Shown here piece after piece: positions 54,627 through 64,000 of a stretch of DNA of 64,000 bases. The notes under the pieces were generated by a model. It was given only the letters and a program-made list of their open reading frames with translations. It had not been told where the DNA came from and did not search any database. The stretch is from the IMG/VR virus record IMGVR_UViG_3300046819_000361; one strand, 5' to 3'. Every line of letters begins with the position of its first letter. Positions within the stretch are counted from its first letter, which is position 1. This stretch comes from a virus (taxonomy: Duplodnaviria > Caudoviricetes). The position numbers and the translations under genes are program-made.

Positions 54627-55212
54627 AAGTAGCTCCGACGATTGGATCTAGGATAACTGGGGTATTGTTACGTAATAGGACGTTACCTTTATGTAGGTCC
54701 AACACGGGTTGAGATGGTAATTTATCCATATCGTCAATAATTTCAAAAATACCTGGATAGTGTTGCAGTAGGAATTCTTTTTGGTCAGTTGTTAATTCAC
54801 GTGCGTAGAATAGTGGTTTAATAACTGCCATTAGATCTGAAAGATTCTTACCGACAATTGGTTCTAATTTTTCCAATCTAATCACGAATGTATTTTTATT
54901 GATTCTAATGATAGGCCCGGTAGTTTTTGGTACATTTGGATTAGACTGATGCAATCTAATATATTTAATATACTGTAGAAATGCTGGATCGTGAGTAAAG
55001 ATTTTTAAAACCCAGGGATAAGTTGGGTGAATATAAGCTGAACCGTAGGATCCGGTACCCAGGTGTTTAAATCCGTTATCCAACATATATTTTTGAAACT
55101 GTTCCAATTTATCAATACGGGGGTTAAAAGCGCTCAAATCACCTTGAAATGTTTGAGATGCTTGTTGGAAATGTGGATGGCTTTTATATCCGGTTAATTC
55201 TTTAATTTTCAT
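54616..55212 (-). CDS. Protein-kinase-like protein
   Basis: LGTGSYGSAY Gly loop, VLK, DLHKGNVL catalytic loop, ILDP. Confidence 0.75.
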   Translation of the reverse strand: MKIKELTGYKSHPHFQQASQTFQGDLSAFNPRIDKLEQFQKYMLDNGFKHLGTGSYGSAYIHPTYPWVLKIFTHDPAFLQYIKYIRLHQSNPNVPKTTGPIIRINKNTFVIRLEKLEPIVGKNLSDLMAVIKPLFYARELTTDQKEFLLQHYPGIFEIIDDMDKLPSQPVLDLHKGNVLLRNNTPVILDPIVGATYEN

Positions 55213-55216
55213 ATTC

Positions 55217-55459
55217 TTATTTATCGTAAGCTAAAATGAAATATGTTTTATGTTCTGGTTTTTTGAAAGCGATTTGTAGGTTATGGTTAGAAGAGAATGC
55301 CCAGAGTTCCATATGGTCACCTATATGTTGGTTTAGCCAAGTTTCCAGGTGGTTTATATTATCCATCCAATCGGTGATTGAGGTATATTTTTGTTGAGGT
55401 AATGTGAATATATATTTGAACTCTTCCATATTGTTATTTACATTGATAGAAGAGTTCAT
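55217..55459 (-). CDS. Stand-alone homolog of the array micro-proteins (D-like)
   Basis: WLNQHIG....W.....IAFKKPEHKTYFILAY. Confidence 0.6.
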   Translation of the reverse strand: MNSSINVNNNMEEFKYIFTLPQQKYTSITDWMDNINHLETWLNQHIGDHMELWAFSSNHNLQIAFKKPEHKTYFILAYDK

Positions 55460-55462
55460 AAT

Positions 55463-56860
55463 TTATTCTGGTAGATTATTAAGTAATGAGCGAAGTTTAG
55501 AGCTTTGTACTTCTGCTTTAATTTTTGGAGCGTTCATACCTGTGGTTGGGTCATCTACGATTGATCGTTGTTTAATTGAATTTAGAATTGCTGAACCTGC
55601 TGATTGGGATGGTGAGTCTAATTCATAATCTTCGCAATCACTAATTCTTAAAGAATCGATATTAAATTCCAGATCTATTTTTTGACCTACGCCGGAAGAG
55701 CTTCTAGTTTTCATTAATTGTATTTGGTATCTACCGCGTTCTCGCATAGCACGTGAGGTAAAGATACCGAATACGTTATCAGCGGTTTGTATTTTAGATA
55801 GGCCGCCTGAGATATGAGAGTGGTCGAATTCTACTTCTTCTACTGCGCCGCGATTAAGCTGTGAAGCGGTGACGAACACGCAATTTTTTTCCACTGCCAG
55901 GTTTCTTAATTCTTCAGAGACGTATTTGTCTTTGATGAATAGATCTGCTGGTGAGATTTTTTTGCTCATTGGCATTAGTAAGTCTAGGTAGTCTACTAGT
56001 AGTACATCTAATTTTTTACCGGTTTTTATTTCATATTCTTTAAGGTAGGCACGAACATCGTTAGCGGTTTTTCCTGAAGGCATATATTTGACTTGTAGGG
56101 ACCCTGCTTTTTTGCCTATCATTTTGACTTTCATTTCTACTTCATCGAGTTGTTTGAATACATCTCGTGTAGGCACCCCTGTCATCATTGAATCGATACG
56201 CATTGATACGAGTTCTTCTGAGAGCTCTAAAGTCAGGTATAGTACGTTCATACCGGCTAGTGCCCAATTCACGCCCAGATTAGCTAGGAATAGAGATTTA
56301 CCTGCACCTGAGCCACCGGCGAAGATATTAAGTTCACCGCGATTCATTCCACCGAATAATTTTTCATCTACTGCTTTCCATCCGGTTGAGACTTGTCCAT
56401 TTTTATCTTTAATTTTAAGTAGTCTAGATCGTGGGTTATCGAAGTAATCGGTACCCATATCTTTTTGTAGGCCGACTTGAACTGCTTGTTTAATTTTATC
56501 TTCTACTGATCCGTATTCACCTTTTTCTAGCATATCGGCTGATTCTAGGATTGCTCGTTCAAGTCCTTTATGACGAGTAAAGGTTTCAAATTCGTTTAAG
56601 AGCCAATCGAAATTAGCTTCAAGAAGATTTTGTGGTTGTTTAAAATCTGACCCGGTAGCGGCATTAATTATTTCGTATGTAGGCATTACGTTATAATTTT
56701 CTGCATACTGATAGAGAAATTCAGCTGGCATTTGTAATTTTCTATCAAATAGAGATGAGTCGAAGATTGATTGGCATCTAACGAAAGTACTAGCATCTGC
56801 CAACATCATTTCTAGGTACAATTTTTGAATATCATATCCATAATCTATATTTTGTTTCAT
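55463..56860 (-). CDS. Replicative DNA helicase, T4 gp41/DnaB-like
   Basis: GGSGAGKS, LVDYLDL, TASQLNR. Confidence 0.92.
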   Translation of the reverse strand: MKQNIDYGYDIQKLYLEMMLADASTFVRCQSIFDSSLFDRKLQMPAEFLYQYAENYNVMPTYEIINAATGSDFKQPQNLLEANFDWLLNEFETFTRHKGLERAILESADMLEKGEYGSVEDKIKQAVQVGLQKDMGTDYFDNPRSRLLKIKDKNGQVSTGWKAVDEKLFGGMNRGELNIFAGGSGAGKSLFLANLGVNWALAGMNVLYLTLELSEELVSMRIDSMMTGVPTRDVFKQLDEVEMKVKMIGKKAGSLQVKYMPSGKTANDVRAYLKEYEIKTGKKLDVLLVDYLDLLMPMSKKISPADLFIKDKYVSEELRNLAVEKNCVFVTASQLNRGAVEEVEFDHSHISGGLSKIQTADNVFGIFTSRAMRERGRYQIQLMKTRSSSGVGQKIDLEFNIDSLRISDCEDYELDSPSQSAGSAILNSIKQRSIVDDPTTGMNAPKIKAEVQSSKLRSLLNNLPE

Positions 56861-56898
56861 AATCCCTCATGTTTTAAATCCATATCCTTATAGATTTA

Positions 56899-57897
56899 TT
56901 AGAACCATTTTTTTGCTCGTAGTTGTATTTTGAGCGCATTTGATTGTTTATATTTCATAATTAGCCAGATAGTAGCCAATCGACCTATTTTATTTACTGC
57001 ATCATTAACATCTTTTATGGGGTGATCCCAAGATGGATCATATGGCCATTCTGGTAGTGAGACTGACCATCCGTATTCGATTGCTTGTTTAACAGTTGTT
57101 GGACCTTCATGGTCTCTATCTGGGACTAATATAATTTCTTTCCCTAGTTGTCGTAGTAGCCAATCTTGGCTATCTTTAATATGTGCTCCGAGTATAGCGC
57201 AACCTTCTATACTGATAGCATCAATTGGGCCTTCTAAAACAATAACTGAATTTCTAGTATTGTGTTGTTTATCCAAATTGAATACATAACCTGGTTGTTG
57301 ATCTGACAGGTATTTTGGTTTAGCATCATTAATTGCTCTTGCAGTATGACCTACTATTTGGTTATTGTAATAGAATGGCATAATTAATCTATTAGAATAT
57401 CCTGGTTTTGGAGTCCAATGAAAGTCATAATCTTCCAGATATAGATTTCGTTCTGTCATATATTTCAATATTGGCATTAATTTTTCTGGTGGGTTATCCA
57501 GATAATCAATGATAGGTTTAGTATCTGGTGGTAGTGCCATTATATTGAAAGTTGGTATAATAGTACTAACAGTAGTATTAGATTGTTCATTCAGTAATCT
57601 TAACGCATCAATACTTAATTTATTAATAGTATCATCACTAATGCCCAACCATCTCATTAGAGATTTCATTTTAGGACTTAATTGTCTTCCTGGTTGCCAA
57701 CTTGCTTTGAATTGGCAGTTAAAGCAATGATACGTCACTACATCACCAGAATTGATAATAAATCCGCCACGTTGTCTTGTGTCAGGTGTGTGTCCGGTAT
57801 GGGGGCAACAAACTGCGTTAAACACCCACCAACCGCTGGGTGTTTTTTTTCTTTTTAATGGTAAGAAGTTTTGTATTGTTTCTGGTATTATTGACAT
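56899..57897 (-). CDS. DNA primase, T4 gp61-like
   Basis: Zn finger YHCFNC, TOPRIM EGPIDA...PDRD, KDVND. Confidence 0.9.
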   Translation of the reverse strand: MSIIPETIQNFLPLKRKKTPSGWWVFNAVCCPHTGHTPDTRQRGGFIINSGDVVTYHCFNCQFKASWQPGRQLSPKMKSLMRWLGISDDTINKLSIDALRLLNEQSNTTVSTIIPTFNIMALPPDTKPIIDYLDNPPEKLMPILKYMTERNLYLEDYDFHWTPKPGYSNRLIMPFYYNNQIVGHTARAINDAKPKYLSDQQPGYVFNLDKQHNTRNSVIVLEGPIDAISIEGCAILGAHIKDSQDWLLRQLGKEIILVPDRDHEGPTTVKQAIEYGWSVSLPEWPYDPSWDHPIKDVNDAVNKIGRLATIWLIMKYKQSNALKIQLRAKKWF

Positions 57898-57933
57898 TGC
57901 TACATTATAGTCTATTGTAATGTCAATGTCAAG

Positions 57934-58779
57934 TTAGTTTACAACAATTTTTGTTATTTTTCCATATGCTGCTTGAATCTGATCTGTGTATGAAATCAGG
58001 TCGTTACGCAATACTTGGAGTTTAGGATTAGTCCAATATACACGAAAATGACAGAAATCCCCAACTGGAACGTTGCTAAATGTAATAGTATTAGACGTTG
58101 CAACTGTTGTTGTCCATGTTTGAAGAGTGGTTGCCTTTTTAAATGAATCGACTGAAATAGTTGATGCGGTAGTGCCTTCTAAATATATGGTACCGATAAA
58201 GTTATCACATTTAATACTAAACGATAAGGTGGTTGTTGGGATTGCTTCATAAAATCTAGCTGGAATTGCGCTACTATGATGGGTGGGATTTCCAAGGTAA
58301 TCCAACTCAGCAGTAAATGTATTAAAGACACGAGAAGGTTTAGTTGTTGGTATAGCCGATGCCACTAATTCTAGAATTCCCACGGCAGAAAAATGACCAT
58401 CTGTATATAATGGCATGATTAATCCATCCTTTTCTGCAACTACTGTGTATTTGAAGAATTGTGGTGTGAAGTCTACCAAGTCATCTGATGGTATTATTAC
58501 TGTTGATATTCCTTTTATATCACTTATTTCTACGTCATATGGGCTATTAGGCAGAGCGTTACCTGCTGCATCCATTACATTAAGTTGGATTGAATCGAAT
58601 GTTGTTAGATCGATCCGTTTCTGATCAGCATTTTTTATATCGAATTCCAAAGTGTTATCGATACCGTTATATATTTTTACATTTCTTTGATACACGTTAG
58701 TATACTCCACGGTAAAACCTGCCAGATCAGCCAGTAATTGAATTCTATTTGGGTATGAATATGTTATTATTTTTTGCAT
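57934..58779 (-). CDS. Hypothetical, probably virion beta-sandwich protein
   Basis: late-type ATAAATA upstream; beta-rich. Confidence 0.55.
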   Translation of the reverse strand: MQKIITYSYPNRIQLLADLAGFTVEYTNVYQRNVKIYNGIDNTLEFDIKNADQKRIDLTTFDSIQLNVMDAAGNALPNSPYDVEISDIKGISTVIIPSDDLVDFTPQFFKYTVVAEKDGLIMPLYTDGHFSAVGILELVASAIPTTKPSRVFNTFTAELDYLGNPTHHSSAIPARFYEAIPTTTLSFSIKCDNFIGTIYLEGTTASTISVDSFKKATTLQTWTTTVATSNTITFSNVPVGDFCHFRVYWTNPKLQVLRNDLISYTDQIQAAYGKITKIVVN

Positions 58780-58820
58780 CTGGCAAATCCTGTTAATTAA
58801 AGTATTTATCGAAAATCGAT

Positions 58821-59210
58821 ATGATAAATATGCACATGACTACATTAAGAAATAACATGAAAAACAATCTGCCATTCATCAGTGTATTGACCTATGGCGG
58901 GAATGAATATGTTGGTATTATCATCAACCAGGATCAGAATGTGACTAGTTTTTATGATTTGAATTCAATAAAAACGGAATCTGAGCGTGAGCAATTTTTA
59001 GAGATTGGTGAGGTTTGGTGGTGGGAATCGAATCGTCAATTCCCTATTTCAATATTTTGCAAGGATCAATTGGTTCCATTCCAATATATAATTAAAACGT
59101 TTAATAGTAAAGACACTCGCGTAATATTAGGTCCGGTAGTTAATTTAATGGACTTAACAGTTAAGCGAGTGAAACGTAAATCGATTACATTAGTTCGTAC
59201 TACTAGATAA
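58821..59210 (+). CDS. Hypothetical protein
   Basis: PFISV...EYVGII...WWWESNR..PISIF; likely start at MTTLR. Confidence 0.7.
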   Translation: MINMHMTTLRNNMKNNLPFISVLTYGGNEYVGIIINQDQNVTSFYDLNSIKTESEREQFLEIGEVWWWESNRQFPISIFCKDQLVPFQYIIKTFNSKDTRVILGPVVNLMDLTVKRVKRKSITLVRTTR

Positions 59211-59765
59211 TTGTTCCACTAGTAAATTCATCTGTACTATGACAACCATGGCATAGCTAATAGCATGAGCATGTTTGAAGTAGTACCCGCCATTAGTGGG
59301 TTTTACCCAAACCTCGTTCATAATCGTCGTCCAATCTTTCCCAATCAGATAGCGTTTCGCTGGCCGTATCATAGCTAGGACGGCAGCTAATTGCTCCACT
59401 GAAGTCGGCAAGGTCTGTTTCAGAATATCGCCGTGCCCGTTCAAATGAAATAGTAGATTTACAAATTCTTCGTTTAGTAAAAGATCCCATATAGGTTCCG
59501 CCTCCATTAGTGATAATAGATGATTGTTGTCTTTGACACCATCATAAACATTGACATTAAGAAAGTCAATTTTAAAATAACCACGATCTTCTGCACTTTT
59601 ATAATCTATTGTTGATAGATTAGTTAATGGATTATACGGGATGTTTTGAACGTAAATCCCCGTATTATGTGCAACCATACCAGTATCTGTGTGTCTACCT
59701 GCCACAATATGTTTCAGGTGTTTAAGCGCATCTTGGCGATTGAGAAAATCAATATCAATATCCAT
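59190..59765 (-). CDS. Miniature DNA polymerase III alpha (DnaE)-like protein
   Basis: DIDIDF, HNTGIY, GYFKIDFL, LAMIRP, FKHAHAISYA in DnaE motif order. Confidence 0.75.
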   Translation of the reverse strand: MDIDIDFLNRQDALKHLKHIVAGRHTDTGMVAHNTGIYVQNIPYNPLTNLSTIDYKSAEDRGYFKIDFLNVNVYDGVKDNNHLLSLMEAEPIWDLLLNEEFVNLLFHLNGHGDILKQTLPTSVEQLAAVLAMIRPAKRYLIGKDWTTIMNEVWVKPTNGGYYFKHAHAISYAMVVIVQMNLLVEQLSSSTN

Positions 59766-59935
59766 TAATGAATCACCGTTGATTGGAATAACATCAATGG
59801 TAGATACTCTGATAAAAATATCGCATAATTATCAGCTTGATCAAGATCGTTGAATCCAGAAAATTTAACATATACTGAATTATCTTCTTCTGATACGATA
59901 ACATCTACATCAAGCGGTGTGTCATTTTCATTCAT
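59765..59935 (-). CDS. Hypothetical protein (56 aa)
   Basis: manual translation MNENDTPLDVDVIVSEEDNSVYVKF...; overlaps both neighbours. Confidence 0.6.
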   Translation of the reverse strand: MNENDTPLDVDVIVSEEDNSVYVKFSGFNDLDQADNYAIFLSEYLPLMLFQSTVIH

Positions 59936-60618
59936 AAATTCGACTCTTTGACTAATTGTTTAACAAGTTCGGTGTCTGATTTCAGACGATTAAATTTTGA
60001 AAACCAAAATTGAGGATCAATCATTGGGCTTATTGCGTTTAACTGATCATCTGACAATTTTTTAAGTAAATCTTTCCCTGTGGGAGAATTCAATATCAAC
60101 CATGGACTAATTTTACCATCTTTAATATCAAATGTTGCCCGTGAAAGACTAACATATAAAAAATAATGTTCCCATTTAGAATTATTATTATCAGCCCATT
60201 CTATCATATGTGCGATGCTTCTTTCAAGTGCGGTTTCCGCATGTTCTGTGCGAATAAGTTCAACTACATATTTGTCATATAGTTGGTCACTACACCAATG
60301 ATCTAGTTTTACACCACTATTTATAACATATTCAATGAAGTGGTATGGATATAATGGATTTACATTACTAACAAAACTTCCAAATTTTACGAATGCATTA
60401 TAGTATGGGCTTTTGCAAAAATCCTCATATGATTTAGGTTGCTTCACATTCTGTGACATTTGGAAGAACTTGTTATAAGCATTATATCCAATCACAACGT
60501 GTTTATCATTACGTGCAATAGCACGACGTTTTGGTTCACAAACGTGGGTGAACAACGTGCTTTCCCTAGAATACCCATGATTGCAATATTGGCAGATGTA
60601 TGGTTTTAATTCACTCAT
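59932..60618 (-). CDS. Hypothetical protein with N-terminal zinc finger
   Basis: CQYC...HVC. Confidence 0.75.
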   Translation of the reverse strand: MSELKPYICQYCNHGYSRESTLFTHVCEPKRRAIARNDKHVVIGYNAYNKFFQMSQNVKQPKSYEDFCKSPYYNAFVKFGSFVSNVNPLYPYHFIEYVINSGVKLDHWCSDQLYDKYVVELIRTEHAETALERSIAHMIEWADNNNSKWEHYFLYVSLSRATFDIKDGKISPWLILNSPTGKDLLKKLSDDQLNAISPMIDPQFWFSKFNRLKSDTELVKQLVKESNL

Positions 60619-61097
60619 TTTAACAATTTTTTAATGTCGTTATCGGTATATCCATGACTGATCGCTAATTCTTTAAAGTCGTTATCAGTCATAATATCGG
60701 CTAGCATATAGACTTCATCGAGTTTCATACTAGGATATAATTCTTCTAAAAATTTCAATTTACTATTTGATGATTTTGTGTCTTTTTTCTTCAATCCAAT
60801 CCATTCATGGTACATAACTGTATTCCCATCAAGACTACACATGCATATTAGTAACCATAGCAATTTAGGATGTTTACTCAGAACATGCCAATTTTTATTG
60901 AAATATTCATTTACAGTAAGAACAAAATGTTCTTTGGTTTCTCTATTTCCACGTTGCACGTTACTAATGTATCGGTTAAGTCGAAATAAATCACCTTGAA
61001 TCACCTTTTGTTGATCTTCTCCTGCAACATCCCATAATTCACGTGTGTTAGTATCAACTGCTGCTAATATCTCTGATAGTTGTAATCTTTCGGTCAT
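60615..61097 (-). CDS. Probable clamp-loader small subunit (T4 gp62-like)
   Basis: LNRYIS...VNE..N...KHPKL...HEWI pattern; replication-module context. Confidence 0.5.
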   Translation of the reverse strand: MTERLQLSEILAAVDTNTRELWDVAGEDQQKVIQGDLFRLNRYISNVQRGNRETKEHFVLTVNEYFNKNWHVLSKHPKLLWLLICMCSLDGNTVMYHEWIGLKKKDTKSSNSKLKFLEELYPSMKLDEVYMLADIMTDNDFKELAISHGYTDNDIKKLLK

Positions 61098-61128
61098 CGG
61101 TTTATTGTACCATGAATGTTTGTTTTTG

Positions 61129-61656
61129 TTATAAAAGTTTATCTAAATGAATCATTTCACTTTGTCTCGATATTTCTTTGACAAAGTACGCACATTCTGG
61201 TGCATCCCCATCAGCCAATGGCATTGCCAATAATTGGCCGTTTTTCATTTTTGGAAAATACCATTTAATATCATTGTAAAAATTAACTATTTCAATTGGC
61301 TTGAATTCCAATCGATGTGAACTCAGTGGATTGAATACTAATGCTTCAAATCCCCTATCATTTAAACTAGTTAACGGTATTATTTCAATATTAGTTGCAC
61401 TAGTACTGTCACCCACTGCAATGTGCCAATCAAGTGGCATGGTGATTTCTTGATCCCCAATTCTTAACACCATTGCTGGCGCATTGAATGATTCCAAAAA
61501 AATTAATGGCACGAAAAAGAAATCTGGATTCAATGGTGCACTGTTATCTAAAACAGCAAATCTGGTATCATCATCAACTGTGTCAGGTAAATTATTCAAT
61601 GAGACCGCTTTATTATCTAATGTTAATATATTCATTATTATCCTTATTTCTGCCAA
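61129..61656 (-). CDS. Hypothetical protein
   Basis: ORF track; likely start at MNILTLDN. Confidence 0.7.
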   Translation of the reverse strand: MAEIRIIMNILTLDNKAVSLNNLPDTVDDDTRFAVLDNSAPLNPDFFFVPLIFLESFNAPAMVLRIGDQEITMPLDWHIAVGDSTSATNIEIIPLTSLNDRGFEALVFNPLSSHRLEFKPIEIVNFYNDIKWYFPKMKNGQLLAMPLADGDAPECAYFVKEISRQSEMIHLDKLL

Positions 61657-64000
61657 TCAACTTTTTCTATCGTAAATGGATATTGAGCTTCTCGGTAAAA
61701 TTTCTTTCTCTCCGTAAGGTGACGCTTCGCAAACTTACAGGTGGAGGTAATATCCCAGATTTGGACGAAGTCTTTGTCTTTGGCTTTTCTAACTCCACGC
61801 CCAATCGATTGTATAACTCTTGTAAAGCTTTTACCGGGCTCAAGAAGAACCAAATTAAATACACGGGGAATATTAAGACCAACAGCAGCAACACCATAAG
61901 TGGCGACAATAATCTTGTTATCACTTGTTCTAATTTCATCATATTCATCTTTTCTGTCTTTTGATTTTACCTTACCTGATATGAATACCGAATCAGGTAT
62001 TTTATTTACAATGAAATTGCCAGTATCGATTCGATTAACTAATACCAACGTATTACCCGTTTCAGCTATTGAACTTATCATATTACTAATAAAAGTCATT
62101 CTTTTTGAATCAGTTACCAAATAGGTTAATTCTTCTGAATACGATTGGAAAGCTGCTAGATCATACAGTTGTGTTATATTAACATGACACCCAGATAATA
62201 CACCCATTTCTTGTAATTCATGCGCCTTAATACCACCGACCACTGGTCCAATACTAGCAAAAATACTTTCAAACTCATGTGATTCTTTTGGCACTGTACC
62301 AGTAAGTCCCCATCTAATTGGTGCATTACAAAGATTTTGAGTAAGTAGATTTTTCAAAACTTCTGCTTTTGCCATATGTACTTCATCAACAATTACGGCT
62401 TTTACATCGTCTAAAAATTCTGCTAATGTAATAATATCATGCTGATTGTTTTTACTTTTCTTATCAAGAATATTAAGACTTTGCCATGTACATATAGTGT
62501 GAGTTTTGTACAAATCTTTTCTGTCACCATAATATACACCGACATCTAGTCCACAATTGATGAAATCTTCTTCGGTTTGTTCTACCAGTGATTTATTTGG
62601 GACAATAATAATAGTTCTACCATATTGCTCACATAACTGTGATAATGTTGCAGTAGTAATAGTGTTGTGTGTTACAATATAATCATCTGTAATATATAAA
62701 TGATCTGGACTATCGATTAAAATACATTTAACACATTCAGTAGATACCTGTTTGATATCAGTTACATTAAGCTTCAATGTATTGCCATATTGATATTTAA
62801 AATTAGTAGCATTAACTTTCCGAGTCAATGAAGCAAGAATCCAAGGTTTCGGAAATTTAGTCGTAACAAGATAGGCATCTTTACATGATTTACGAGTTCC
62901 ATTATACATATATGTTCTATTAGTTTTATGTTTTATTTTAGCAATACCACCAACACTACGAATAAGTTGTTGAAATCCTTTAGCTAATTCTAAACTAGTA
63001 CTAGTGAAAGTAACACTAGATTTATCAATGGTTCCGTCACTATCAACCAATCCTCTTATTAATTCAAATCTCTGTTCTAAACTTGCAGTGAAATAAATTT
63101 CAGGTATAAATTTAGAATGACTATATGTTTCCATCAAATTTAGTTCTTTTAAAATGTGTACATATTTGTGAAATGAACTGTTAACATCAGTAATATTGTC
63201 ATTCGAATTTCTATCTTTGTTTTTCAGGTAGTTGGATTTACTATCTTGCAAAATTTCATTGGTTGCAAATGTGATATTATAATCATACCTGGATATATGG
63301 TTAACCTTGTAATTAACATCCAATTTCGATGAAACCTTATCAATTAACTCTTGATCTGCAGAAGTAAATGAAACTTTGTTATTTCTAAAACTACCATCAC
63401 CCAATAAAAACCCAAGCAACCACGGATCCATTGGTAACACAATATCAACATTATCATCTTCCATTGTAACTAATGGAACACCGATGTTACGTTTAGTAGA
63501 TGATTTTAATTTGATTAATTCATTAGTTGAAATATTTCGATATGGACCCGTACTTGATCTTTTCCAATCAATATTATATATTCTCCAAATATGATCACCA
63601 CATGATCTAGTAGATCTTCCATCACTAAATGTTAATTCATATACATCCTTAATGCCAGGTTCATATGTATCTAGTATCTTTGCTGGTTTACCGGTCGGTG
63701 TTATGACATAGTCACCAACTTGTAACTCCCCCATAGTTTTCCAACCGAAATTTGTCAATACCTTACTAGAATAGGGCTGACATTTACCAGCACCTGTTGC
63801 GATTTCTTGCAAACTCTGTGGATTTTCCAAAAATCGATTAATTGCATCGACTTGGTAGTCTCGTAACATGATCGGTGTACCTTCAGCTGGGTGTCCAGGT
63901 GGCCATACTTTACCTTGATCTGCCCAATATGTTTCCGTAACCTTATTAAAATGCAAGTTAATCGAGTTGCGTCGATCATCGACTTCTTCAATGTCAATTC
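61644..64000 (-). CDS. uvsW: UvsW-like SF2 helicase with intein (5' end beyond window)
   Basis: LRDYQ, ATGAGK|T, DEVH, GLTGT, QSIGRG; frame stays open to 64000. Confidence 0.85.
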   Translation of the reverse strand, partial: IDIEEVDDRRNSINLHFNKVTETYWADQGKVWPPGHPAEGTPIMLRDYQVDAINRFLENPQSLQEIATGAGKCQPYSSKVLTNFGWKTMGELQVGDYVITPTGKPAKILDTYEPGIKDVYELTFSDGRSTRSCGDHIWRIYNIDWKRSSTGPYRNISTNELIKLKSSTKRNIGVPLVTMEDDNVDIVLPMDPWLLGFLLGDGSFRNNKVSFTSADQELIDKVSSKLDVNYKVNHISRYDYNITFATNEILQDSKSNYLKNKDRNSNDNITDVNSSFHKYVHILKELNLMETYSHSKFIPEIYFTASLEQRFELIRGLVDSDGTIDKSSVTFTSTSLELAKGFQQLIRSVGGIAKIKHKTNRTYMYNGTRKSCKDAYLVTTKFPKPWILASLTRKVNATNFKYQYGNTLKLNVTDIKQVSTECVKCILIDSPDHLYITDDYIVTHNTITTATLSQLCEQYGRTIIIVPNKSLVEQTEEDFINCGLDVGVYYGDRKDLYKTHTICTWQSLNILDKKSKNNQHDIITLAEFLDDVKAVIVDEVHMAKAEVLKNLLTQNLCNAPIRWGLTGTVPKESHEFESIFASIGPVVGGIKAHELQEMGVLSGCHVNITQLYDLAAFQSYSEELTYLVTDSKRMTFISNMISSIAETGNTLVLVNRIDTGNFIVNKIPDSVFISGKVKSKDRKDEYDEIRTSDNKIIVATYGVAAVGLNIPRVFNLVLLEPGKSFTRVIQSIGRGVRKAKDKDFVQIWDITSTCKFAKRHLTERKKFYREAQYPFTIEKVDWQK
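62664..63782 (-). mobile_element. LAGLIDADG intein (373 aa) in helicase Walker A
   Basis: starts CQPY, ends VTHN followed by Thr; LLGFLLGDG and GLVDSDG motifs. Confidence 0.92.

Overview
AT-rich segment of a large T4-like (jumbo-type) phage genome, probably infecting a proteobacterium, given its CsrA and a sigma70 region-1.1 domain. Left (1-7.0 kb, minus strand): a Gly-rich gp38-like adhesin, a HAD nucleotidase and candidate head-packaged proteins sharing an MK(I/V/L)xE N-terminus, including ART-like proteins and a 1007-aa protein ending in a sigma70 region-1.1 mimic. 7.1-7.6 kb: an ORF-free structured region behind a perfect sigma70 promoter. 7.6-27.3 kb, the main finding: a minus-strand array of 91 (hand count) micro-genes, mostly 60-90 aa, almost all ending in W-F-x-L-R-W-S. 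That motif is encoded by a ~27-bp repeat (ACTTGGTTTGTATTGAGGTGGTCATGA) that also supplies the Shine-Dalgarno and the ATGA stop/start overlap for the next gene. The array contains interleaved paralog subfamilies, mosaic cassettes and a promoter/leader carrying an orphan repeat. 27.4-52 kb (plus strand): dozens of small early-type genes, many with their own hairpin-containing sigma70 promoter and a shared GGAGCA RBS. This part also holds csrA, HNH endonucleases, an atypical tRNA(CAT), a multi-hairpin RNA whose loops are complementary to the shared RBS, and a Chi-like (GCTGGT)18 tract before a possible genome end. Right (52.5-64 kb): late-promoter genes and a replication module (gp41 helicase, gp61 primase, mini-DnaE-like protein, clamp-loader-like subunit, intein-containing UvsW). 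All calls come from manual motif reading; no database search was run.
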